Below the pieces are notes generated by a model. It saw only the letters and a program-made list of their open reading frames with translations, was not told the DNA's origin and searched no databases. A stretch of DNA of 64,000 nt from a candidate division WOR-3 bacterium UBA5631 (GTDB lineage: Bacteria > Hydrothermota > Hydrothermia > UBA1063), in the NCBI GenBank assembly GCA_002421425.1, contig DIJZ01000004.1, positions 4,563-68,562 on the forward strand, read 5' to 3'. Shown piece by piece: positions 51,615-59,997 of the stretch; the stretch's first letter is position 1; every line of letters begins with the position of its first letter. Position numbers and translations under genes: made by a program.

Positions 51615-52253
51615 ATGGAAAATATTGAAAAGTTACACATACTATATGAAGTTTTCAAGGAGAGAATTGAGCTCCGGATTAATGAGTTTAAGAAAATGCG
51701 CAGCAATTCAGATGAGAGCGCGGTTCTAAAGGAATTTATTTTTTGCCTTCTTACTCCTCAATCGAAAGCAAAGATTTGCTGGAAGTCCGTTGAGAAAATC
51801 TTTGAAAATAACCTGCATATAGGGAAGAACGCAGATCTTCTACGAGAAAAACTTAGCGGTGTGAGGTTTCCAAATAATAAATCAAAATACCTCATTTATA
51901 ACCTCGAAAAAATTGAAGAGGAGAGAATATCACTCAAAGATTTTGTTCAGGACGCTATGGATTCATTTTCAAAACGAGAAATTCTCATTAAGAAATTCAA
52001 AGGCATGGGAATGAAGGAAGCAAGCCATTTTCTTCGAAATACTGGACATCTTGATCTCGCAATTCTCGATAGGCATATTCTCAAGAATATGGTCAATTTG
52101 GGAATTTTGAATGAAATCCCTTCCAGTATAAGCAAAAACACGTACGTAAGTCTGGAAAGGAAATTGAAGGATTTTTCAGAAAAAATCGGCATACCTTTCG
52201 CCCATCTGGATATGTTGCTGTGGGCTAAGGAAACCGGGGAGGTGTTTAAATGA
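51615..52253 (+). CDS. ogg: 8-oxoguanine DNA glycosylase/AP lyase, Ogg2 family
   Basis: 212 aa; FKGMGMKEASHFLRNTGHLDLAILDRHIL closely matches archaeal/thermophile Ogg2 HhH-GPD motif (catalytic Lys and Asp). Confidence 0.8.
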   Translation: MENIEKLHILYEVFKERIELRINEFKKMRSNSDESAVLKEFIFCLLTPQSKAKICWKSVEKIFENNLHIGKNADLLREKLSGVRFPNNKSKYLIYNLEKIEEERISLKDFVQDAMDSFSKREILIKKFKGMGMKEASHFLRNTGHLDLAILDRHILKNMVNLGILNEIPSSISKNTYVSLERKLKDFSEKIGIPFAHLDMLLWAKETGEVFK

Positions 52254-52678
52254 AGAACCCAATGACAGATAAAGCTAAGGAAATATTGAAAGCCCACGGA
52301 GTGCAGCCATCAATTCAGAGAATTAAGATCCTTGAGTTTCTGCTAACCCAAAGGATCCATCCTTCAGCAGACGAAATTTATAGAGCTCTTGCTTCAGAAC
52401 TTCCTACTCTTTCAAAAACCACAGTGTACAACACCATCGAATCCTTTCTAAAGGCAGGGATTCTAAAACCTGTTCGAATCGATTCCAGAGAATTAAGGGT
52501 CGATGCATTTACGGAACCGCACGCTCACTTCAGATGTCTGAACTGTGGGAGGGTTTACGACATTGAATTCGAAATGGTAAATCTCGTCGGGAAACACACC
52601 AAAGAAGGCCACCTCGTTGAATCAGAAGAGCTTTACCTCGAAGGAATTTGCAGCGACTGCCAGAAAAAAAGGATGTAA
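52250..52678 (+). CDS. Fur family transcriptional regulator (PerR-like by context)
   Basis: 142 aa; HTH plus HAHFRCLNCG...CSDC metal sites; ATGA overlap with ogg. Confidence 0.85.
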   Translation: MKNPMTDKAKEILKAHGVQPSIQRIKILEFLLTQRIHPSADEIYRALASELPTLSKTTVYNTIESFLKAGILKPVRIDSRELRVDAFTEPHAHFRCLNCGRVYDIEFEMVNLVGKHTKEGHLVESEELYLEGICSDCQKKRM

Positions 52679-52679
52679 T

Positions 52680-53150
52680 ATGAAAAGCTTAGTATACTTT
52701 TTTTCAAACACAGGGCATAACGAAATATTAGCACAAGAACTTCAGAAATATGTTCCTTCTGAACTCGAGAAGATTAAGGACTACGAAAAGCGGAACTTTT
52801 TCAGAGACTCGTTCTATGCACTGATTCAGAAAAAGGTAAGAATTGAACCTCCTATCAACGACATTAATAACTTTGAGCGTATTTTCTTCGTCACACCCAT
52901 TTGGGCAGGAAATTTCCCTGCTCCAGTCTCTACATTACTCAAACAATTTAAAGATCAGTTTTCGGGCAAGGAGCTCTACCTTGTTTCTGTATCTGGTTAT
53001 GGAGAAAAGAATATAAAAATCGTGCAAAAATTCAAAAAACTTACCGGAGCTGATCCAAAAGACTTCTTGTTAATTGGCGACGACGAACTAAAAGAAAGAA
53101 AATTTGAAAACAAGCTGCAGAAATTTGCTGCAAAGATAACAGGAGAATAG
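52680..53150 (+). CDS. flavodoxin-like protein
   Basis: MKSLVYFFSNTGHNE flavodoxin-type N-terminus (ORF-track start 52617 overlaps fur and is unlikely). Confidence 0.65.
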   Translation: MKSLVYFFSNTGHNEILAQELQKYVPSELEKIKDYEKRNFFRDSFYALIQKKVRIEPPINDINNFERIFFVTPIWAGNFPAPVSTLLKQFKDQFSGKELYLVSVSGYGEKNIKIVQKFKKLTGADPKDFLLIGDDELKERKFENKLQKFAAKITGE

Positions 53151-53152
53151 AA

Positions 53153-53671
53153 ATGAATATATTTGCGCTTACAAAACTCAGTTACGGCCTTTATATCGTA
53201 TCTTCAACGGACGGAGAAAGGATAAATGGTCAGATTGCGAATACTGTATTTCAAGTGACCGCAGAGCCTCCGAAGGTCGCTGTTGCGCTTAATAAACAAA
53301 ACCTGACTCACGGATTCGTTGAAAAGAGCGGAAGATTCGCGGTTTCGATACTGACTCAGGATGCTCCATTCAAATTTATTGGGCAGTTCGGGTTCAAATC
53401 TGGAAGGGATTTCAACAAATTTGACGGTGTAAACTATCGGCTCACGGAAAACGTAGTGCCAATCGTTCTTGACTATTCCTGTGCATTTATCGAATGCAAG
53501 GTAATTGGAAAATTTGATGCAGGAACTCACACAATTTTCCTTGGCGAAGTGGTCGACGCCGACATCCTGAGCGAAAATACTCCTATGACTTATGATTACT
53601 ATCACAAAGAGGTAAAGGGTAAAACTCCGAAAACGGCCTCTACATACATAAAAGAGGAAAAAGGAGAATAA
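53153..53671 (+). CDS. flavin reductase family protein
   Basis: 172 aa; flavin-reductase-like domain (YGLYIVSS...RFAVSIL...FKSGRD...HTIFLGEV). Confidence 0.8.
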   Translation: MNIFALTKLSYGLYIVSSTDGERINGQIANTVFQVTAEPPKVAVALNKQNLTHGFVEKSGRFAVSILTQDAPFKFIGQFGFKSGRDFNKFDGVNYRLTENVVPIVLDYSCAFIECKVIGKFDAGTHTIFLGEVVDADILSENTPMTYDYYHKEVKGKTPKTASTYIKEEKGE

Positions 53672-53675
53672 CAAA

Positions 53676-54860
53676 ATGGCCGTATTCGAAATCAAAAACA
53701 ACTTGTTCCTTGTAAACACACTTCACTGGGAAAGAAGACTTTTTGATGAACTCATACCTCTTCCGGAGGGTACCACCTATAACGCATACGTCGTAAAAGG
53801 AGACAAAAAAACTGCACTCATTGACTCTACTGATACCCTGAAGGTCCAAGAATTTATTAGAGACCTGGAAGTATTAAAAATTGAAAGGATAGATTACATT
53901 ATCGCCAACCACGCTGAACAGGATCATTCAGGTGGAATCCCGGAAGTTCTAAAGAAATATAAAGAGGCTGTTGTTGTCACTAACGAGAAATGCGCGGAGA
54001 TTTTGAAGACACATCTTCAAGTTCCTTCCGAGAAATTTCACATTGTAAAAGAGAATGATATCCTTGACCTCGGTGGGAAAACTTTGAGGTTCGTTATGAC
54101 GCCGTGGGTACACTGGCCCGAAACGCAGGTAACATTCCTTGAAGAGGGCAGAATCGCCTTTACCTGCGACTTTTTTGGCTCACATCTTGCAACCTCAGAG
54201 TTTATAACTGAAGGCACACCATCTGTTTACCAGTCAGCAAAAAGATACTATGCTGAAATTATGGCTCCCTTCAGAAATATGATCCCCAAAAACATTGAAA
54301 AGATAGAAAGTTTCAGTCCTTCAATGATTTGCCCTAGCCACGGCCCAATTCATTCCAATCCTGATTTCATCATAAGTGCATACAAAGAATGGTCATCGGA
54401 TAAGGTGCAGAACCTTGCCCTCTTATTGTATGTATCTATGCACCACAGCACCGAAAAAGCCGTAAGGATTCTGGAACAGAAACTTACAGACTATGGCGTT
54501 AGAGTTGAGGTAATGAGCCTCTCATCGGCAGATACCGGTCAGGTTGCGATGGCACTAATAGATGCAGCTACAATAATTATGGCAACACCCACGGTTCTGG
54601 CCAGCGCTCACCCTCTTGCCATCTACTATACTTATCTTGCAAATGCTTTGAGACCAAAAACGAAATTTCTTGCCATTGTGAATTCCTACGGCTGGGGTGG
54701 TAAAACTATTGAAGATTTAAAAAACATCTTCACAAACTTTAAAGGAGAACTGCTGGAACCCGTCGCTTTCAAGGGCATACCGGACTCTGAAGCCCTGAGC
54801 AAACTCGATGAACTCGCGAAAATTATAAGTCAGAAGCACCGTGAAATTGGGATACTGTAG
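53676..54860 (+). CDS. fprA: FprA family A-type flavodiiron protein (O2/NO reductase)
   Basis: 394 aa; metallo-beta-lactamase-like diiron domain NHAEQDHSGG plus C-terminal flavodoxin domain. Confidence 0.9.
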   Translation: MAVFEIKNNLFLVNTLHWERRLFDELIPLPEGTTYNAYVVKGDKKTALIDSTDTLKVQEFIRDLEVLKIERIDYIIANHAEQDHSGGIPEVLKKYKEAVVVTNEKCAEILKTHLQVPSEKFHIVKENDILDLGGKTLRFVMTPWVHWPETQVTFLEEGRIAFTCDFFGSHLATSEFITEGTPSVYQSAKRYYAEIMAPFRNMIPKNIEKIESFSPSMICPSHGPIHSNPDFIISAYKEWSSDKVQNLALLLYVSMHHSTEKAVRILEQKLTDYGVRVEVMSLSSADTGQVAMALIDAATIIMATPTVLASAHPLAIYYTYLANALRPKTKFLAIVNSYGWGGKTIEDLKNIFTNFKGELLEPVAFKGIPDSEALSKLDELAKIISQKHREIGIL

Positions 54861-54892
54861 AACGATCGACAGGAAATAGGAGTCTTTCTTAA

Positions 54893-55780
54893 TTATCTAA
54901 GTCTGACCCATCTGTCTCTTAGACCACTGGGTAATTTCTCGGCGACTTCGAAAGTTCTTTTATCATGATAATACCCTGAAGCATAGGGAATCTCTGTATC
55001 AAGACCAAGAGAGCGGGATAAAGAATACATTATTAGCTCTCTAAGATACTTACCAATTATCCCTGCGAAGGTTACAGGCAAATATTCTCTATCTGCATGG
55101 AGTATGAAATTGACTATTTCTCCATCCTGAAGTTTGTAGGTAGACGCCCCAAAAGATTCCTTAATTAGCTGGAATGGAATGCCGAGATGTTCAAAAAAAT
55201 GGCCGTAATGAGAAGTTCCGCCTATTTTGCCCATTATGAAAAACCTTGCATCCAGGGCCTTCTGTACTTCCATAAAACTTCTGAAATCCAGGAGGGCTTT
55301 ATTTCCAAGGGCTGTCACAGCTTCGTTGAATTCGTCAGGCATTAATATATTAACCACTAAGGCCTCAACAAAAATTGAAGAATTAGAGAGGTATCTAACC
55401 AGATGCTCATTCATATGCCCTCCAAAGGCCGGGAGATCCACATCTTCAATTCCGTAGTTTCCAAGACAGAATTTCCTCAAAGATAAACCATCGATAATTC
55501 CTTGTAGCGATGTAAATTCCTTCCCGCAAATCCGCAAAACTGTTATGGCAACGGATTCACCAACACGATAACTCGCGAGACTCCTCTTGAATAGTTCTTT
55601 ACTATCTTTAATAGGTATTGGAAACCGATATCCTTTTAGCTCCGATGCAGATAAAGGATCAGCGCCCTTGACTCGTAAAGATACCCCTGTTACTATCAAA
55701 GGACCAAGTAGCGGACCGTATCCGTTCTCGTCGACACCTGCTACATACCACTCTGAAGTATCAAAAATGAAAAACTGCAC
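54893..55780 (-). CDS. RNase HII-like protein (N-terminal RNase HII catalytic motifs, divergent 200-aa C-terminal region)
   Basis: 295 aa; VAGVDENGYGPLLGPLIV (compare rnhB GVDEVGRGPL), IKDSKEL (DSK motif), GIIDG (IDG motif); remainder not recognisable. Confidence 0.4.
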   Translation of the reverse strand: MQFFIFDTSEWYVAGVDENGYGPLLGPLIVTGVSLRVKGADPLSASELKGYRFPIPIKDSKELFKRSLASYRVGESVAITVLRICGKEFTSLQGIIDGLSLRKFCLGNYGIEDVDLPAFGGHMNEHLVRYLSNSSIFVEALVVNILMPDEFNEAVTALGNKALLDFRSFMEVQKALDARFFIMGKIGGTSHYGHFFEHLGIPFQLIKESFGASTYKLQDGEIVNFILHADREYLPVTFAGIIGKYLRELIMYSLSRSLGLDTEIPYASGYYHDKRTFEVAEKLPSGLRDRWVRLR

Positions 55781-55824
55781 TTTGAAATTATAAAGTTACG
55801 GCAATATAATAATCCAACTCATAT

Positions 55825-56802
55825 ATGCATATTGGAATTACTGGAAGTACTGGATTCATCGGGCAGAACCTTGTCCCGGAACTTCTAAAGAGAGGACACA
55901 AGGTAAAGGTTCTTGTAAGGGATCCTCATAGAAAAATCTTGTGGGACGATGTCGAAAAAGTGGAGGGAAATTTTCAAACTCCCGATGCTCTTCAGCAATT
56001 CTTAATGGATTTGGAGGCGGTTGTTCATTGTGCAGGTGCCATAAGAGCGCTCAGAATGGAAGACTACGTCAAAGGGAACTATACGACCACAAAAATCCTT
56101 GTAGACGCAATAAATCAGTTCAAACCGAAAGATTTAAAAAAATTTATTTTCCTCTCCAGCCAGAGTGCTCAGGGGCCTTCCGTAGGCCTTGCCCCAAGAA
56201 GATTCGATGAGCCCCCCTCTCCCGTCACATGGTATGGAAAATCAAAATTGATGGCTGAAAACTACATTGTAAACTATCTTGAATACCCGTACATAATTCT
56301 TAGACTCGCACTGGTTTATGGCCCAGGTGATAGGGAAACCTTTAGATTCTTCCAGTACGTAAAAAAAGGGATCTTTCCCATGCCCAATGGCGAGAAGTAC
56401 CTGAGCGTAGTGTACGTAAAAGATGTGGTTAGGCTTATCACGTTCATACTTGAGATGGAAAATCACATCCGGAACAGAATCTATTTTGTTGCCCACCCGC
56501 AATATCATTCTCTTTCTGAAATCGTTGATGGAATTAAGTCGCTTTTTGGCAAGAAGAAAGTTGCTAAACTTTCTATACCAGAAGCAATATTCAGACCAGC
56601 TCTGAAAGTAAATGAAATTATCGCAAGCATCGCCTGCAAGGCTACCATTGCAAACAGTGACAAAGCAAATGAACTTGCTGAAAAGTACTGGATTGGAGAC
56701 CCTGCACCTCTTATCGCCGAAACGGGCTTTAAACCAGAATACAGCCTTATGGAAGGACTATTCGAGACACTGGAGTGGTACAAAAAAGAAGGGTGGCTTT
56801 GA
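55825..56802 (+). CDS. NAD-dependent epimerase/dehydratase family protein (SDR)
   Basis: 325 aa; GITGSTGFIGQNL Rossmann motif, YxxxK region. Confidence 0.85.
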   Translation: MHIGITGSTGFIGQNLVPELLKRGHKVKVLVRDPHRKILWDDVEKVEGNFQTPDALQQFLMDLEAVVHCAGAIRALRMEDYVKGNYTTTKILVDAINQFKPKDLKKFIFLSSQSAQGPSVGLAPRRFDEPPSPVTWYGKSKLMAENYIVNYLEYPYIILRLALVYGPGDRETFRFFQYVKKGIFPMPNGEKYLSVVYVKDVVRLITFILEMENHIRNRIYFVAHPQYHSLSEIVDGIKSLFGKKKVAKLSIPEAIFRPALKVNEIIASIACKATIANSDKANELAEKYWIGDPAPLIAETGFKPEYSLMEGLFETLEWYKKEGWL

Positions 56803-56871
56803 CTATCAAGAACAGAATGAGTTTTGTTTAATTACCACTCACTCTGAGATTTCACCAGACAAAGCAAGAAG

Positions 56872-57873
56872 CTAAGTTAGCTTAACCTGTTTTTGACCAG
56901 GCACAATCTGGCCAAGTAAAAGATAAAACTCCCCTGTATCTTTTAAATATTTCTCAAAATTTGCAAGGTCCTCCTTAGCGACAATAAAAATAAATCCAAT
57001 ACCCATATTAAAAACTTTCCACATCTCATCTTCTGGTACATCACCAGCTTTTTGCAGGAATTTGAATACTTCAGGAACCTCCCAGCTTTTTCTATCGATG
57101 ACTGCATCGACATTATCTGGCAAGCACCTTACGAGATTCCCGGGAATACCTCCACCTGTGATGTGGGCTGCTCCTCTTATGTGGAACTTTTTAAAGGCTT
57201 CCTCTGCAATATTTGAATAGATCCTTGTTGGCTTCAATAGTGCATTTCTGGCGCTCTCACAACCTATAGGAGTGTCTTCGGTGATTCCTGCTTTTTTCAC
57301 AATTGCCCTTACAAGGGAATAGCCATTGCTGTGGATTCCCGAAGATGGAAGCCCAACGAGGATGTCCCCTGCCTTAACTTTCGGAGGAGCTGGAATCCTG
57401 GATTTCTCCTGAATGCCCACTACAAATCCTGCGATATCAAACTTACCTTCAGTAAGAAGTCCCGGCAACTCAGCTGTTTCTCCTCCCACAAGGGGACAGT
57501 TGTATTCTTCACAAGCCTTAACAAGGGAGGCAATCACTCTCTTTGCAACATCAAGGTCAAGGCGGCTTGCTGCATAGTAGTCGAGGAAGAATAGGGGCTT
57601 CGCACCGTAAGTAGCAAGGTCATTCACACACATTCCGAAAAGGTCGTAACCGAGACCGTCAAGAAAATCCCACTGCAAAGCAAGATCAATTTTTGTTCCT
57701 ATTCCATCGGTAGATGTCACCAGAACGGGGGCTCTATACTTCTTCACAAACCCAATCTCAATGGTTGCGGAGAATGGTCCAATATTTTCCCTTTTCAGAG
57801 TCACAATTTTTTTAATGAATTCTACAAGGCTATCACCTCTACCTATATCAACACCTGAATCTCGGTATAACAT
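56872..57873 (-). CDS. purM: phosphoribosylformylglycinamidine cyclo-ligase
   Basis: 333 aa; AIR synthase family N- and C-domains (DSGVDIGRGD...VTSTDGIGTK). Confidence 0.93.
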   Translation of the reverse strand: MLYRDSGVDIGRGDSLVEFIKKIVTLKRENIGPFSATIEIGFVKKYRAPVLVTSTDGIGTKIDLALQWDFLDGLGYDLFGMCVNDLATYGAKPLFFLDYYAASRLDLDVAKRVIASLVKACEEYNCPLVGGETAELPGLLTEGKFDIAGFVVGIQEKSRIPAPPKVKAGDILVGLPSSGIHSNGYSLVRAIVKKAGITEDTPIGCESARNALLKPTRIYSNIAEEAFKKFHIRGAAHITGGGIPGNLVRCLPDNVDAVIDRKSWEVPEVFKFLQKAGDVPEDEMWKVFNMGIGFIFIVAKEDLANFEKYLKDTGEFYLLLGQIVPGQKQVKLT

Positions 57874-57874
57874 T

Positions 57875-59110
57875 CTATTTCCTCAACTTTGCTACTACCT
57901 CTTCGAGAGCGTTTACAAAATACTCTGCCTCTTCCAGTGTGTTATAAAGGTAAAAACTGGCTCTGGCAGTTCCGGTTAGTCCAAAGAATTCATGTAGCGG
58001 CTGTGCACAATGGCAACCAGTTCGTATTGCAATTCCAAATTCATCATTGAGTAGTATTCCAATAAGGTCATGAGGAATATCATCAAAGTAAAAGGAGACT
58101 ACACCAATCCTGTTTTCCTTCGGTCCAAGGATATGAATCCCGGGGACCCTCTCTTCCAGTAATTTTATAGTGAAGTTTGCCAGGCCATGCTCATGTTTTT
58201 CTATTGCATCCATCCCTAACGCATTGAGATAATCCAGGGCAACTCCAAAAGCGTATCCATCTGCAAAATTTGATGTTCCTGCTTCAAACCTCCAGGGGAG
58301 TTTGTTCCAGGTAGGTCTCTCCGTAGTAACGGTCGAAATCATATCCCCTCCCCTCAGGAACGGTTCCATTCTCTCGAGTATATCCTTCTTTGCATAAAGT
58401 ACTCCAATTCCCGTTGGCCCAAGCATCTTGTGGGAAGAGAAAGCCATAAAGTCACAATCTATCGCTGCAACGTCAATTTTCAGGTGTGGCGCACTCTGGG
58501 CAGCATCAACCAAAACCATTGCGCCCTTATCATGAGCGATATTAATAATAGTCTTCACTGGATTTACAACCCCAAGAACGTTAGATACGTGATTTACAGC
58601 AACGAGCTTCGTTCTCTCCGAGACAAGACTCGCCAGGTGGTCCAGATCAATGTGCCCATCCTTCGTAAGCCGTGCAAACTTTAGGGTAATTCCAAAACGA
58701 TCCCTCAGCATCTGCCATGGTACCATGTTAGAATGATGTTCCATCACAGTGCTTACAATTTCATCGCCTTCCTTTAGTGTATTCGCAAGGGAGTACGCTA
58801 CTAAATTGATAGCTTCCGTGGTATTTCTGGTAAAGACAATTTCCTCGATAAACTTTGCATTAATAAACATGCGCACCTTTCGCCGCGCTTCCTCATAAAG
58901 TTCTGTAGACTCACTGGAAAGAGTATGCACCGCACGATGTATATTTGCATTATGTTGAGAGTAAAATTCCTCAATGGCTTTTATCACCTGAACTGGACGC
59001 TGGGAAGTAGCAGCATTATCGAGATAAACCAGCTTTTTGCCGTGTATTTCCCTCTTCAAAATAGGAAAATCTTCCCGCACCTTAAGAACGTCGACGGAAT
59101 TGTGGTCCAT
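57875..59110 (-). CDS. sufS: cysteine desulfurase (SufS/class V aminotransferase)
   Basis: 411 aa; PLP-lysine SSHKMLGPTGIGVLY and active-site loop RTGCHCAQP typical of group II desulfurases. Confidence 0.88.
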   Translation of the reverse strand: MDHNSVDVLKVREDFPILKREIHGKKLVYLDNAATSQRPVQVIKAIEEFYSQHNANIHRAVHTLSSESTELYEEARRKVRMFINAKFIEEIVFTRNTTEAINLVAYSLANTLKEGDEIVSTVMEHHSNMVPWQMLRDRFGITLKFARLTKDGHIDLDHLASLVSERTKLVAVNHVSNVLGVVNPVKTIINIAHDKGAMVLVDAAQSAPHLKIDVAAIDCDFMAFSSHKMLGPTGIGVLYAKKDILERMEPFLRGGDMISTVTTERPTWNKLPWRFEAGTSNFADGYAFGVALDYLNALGMDAIEKHEHGLANFTIKLLEERVPGIHILGPKENRIGVVSFYFDDIPHDLIGILLNDEFGIAIRTGCHCAQPLHEFFGLTGTARASFYLYNTLEEAEYFVNALEEVVAKLRK

Positions 59111-59229
59111 AATAGAATTATAATGGGAGAAATTGAGATAAGAAACCCCATTCCCTTAATTTCACTTACTGAATAATTAACTTGTTGCGGTGTTTGAAGA
59201 TACGAGGCACTCCCATTAAACTATTGTCA

Positions 59230-59979
59230 ATGGAAAATCCCTTCACCCTTATCGCAGAATACTATGACGAAGTAATGCAGAAAGTGAATTACGAAGAGTG
59301 GGCGAGGTACATAAAAACCCTCTTTTCAATGGCTCCATTAAAACCTATAAAAACAGTACTTGACCTCGCTTCCGGAACTGGCAATATTAGTACAAGAATG
59401 GCAGCATATGGCTATGAAATTTTTGGACTGGACTATTCTCTGGGAATGCTGAAGGTTGCAAGGAAAAAAATTGAAGAAAAATCCTTACCCGTTTTTTTTA
59501 TTCAGGGAAATTTCAGAAGAATACCCTTCAGAGAGCATACCTTTGATGGAGTCTACTCTACTTTTGACAGTCTTAACAATATCCTCGACGCAGACGAACT
59601 ATCGGATACTTTCCAGCAAGTAAGGCGCATCCTGAGGAATGGAGGACCTTTCGTCTTTGACCTTAACACAGAATGGTCCCTTAAGACGGAATGGGACAAT
59701 TTAACAAGGGTTGAAGAAACCGCAAAGACAATCTCTATATGGAAATCAAGGTACCTGAACGGAATTTCATACCTATACTTCACGTTATTCGTAAAGATTG
59801 ACCCAGAGAAGGACCACTACAAAAGAATATCTACGGTTTTCAGAGAGAGAGGATACGAGCCCTCAGAAATTAAGACAATGCTGAAGAGAAATGGTTTTGA
59901 GAAGGTCTTTATCTTTGATCATTTTACCCTTAACCCCGGTAAATCAAGGAGTTCAAGGGTTACTTACCTTGCTTATTAA
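59230..59979 (+). CDS. class I SAM-dependent methyltransferase
   Basis: VLDLASGTGNIS motif I; start MENPFTLIAEYYDEVM (maximal ORF from 59182). Confidence 0.8.
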   Translation: MENPFTLIAEYYDEVMQKVNYEEWARYIKTLFSMAPLKPIKTVLDLASGTGNISTRMAAYGYEIFGLDYSLGMLKVARKKIEEKSLPVFFIQGNFRRIPFREHTFDGVYSTFDSLNNILDADELSDTFQQVRRILRNGGPFVFDLNTEWSLKTEWDNLTRVEETAKTISIWKSRYLNGISYLYFTLFVKIDPEKDHYKRISTVFRERGYEPSEIKTMLKRNGFEKVFIFDHFTLNPGKSRSSRVTYLAY

Positions 59980-59997
59980 AGAAAAAGGAAGGGAGGA

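Noticed and set aside
52617-52679. Upstream extension of the flavodoxin ORF overlapping fur
   Set aside because: Out of frame with fur and lacking an RBS; the ATG at 52680 gives a typical flavodoxin N-terminus.
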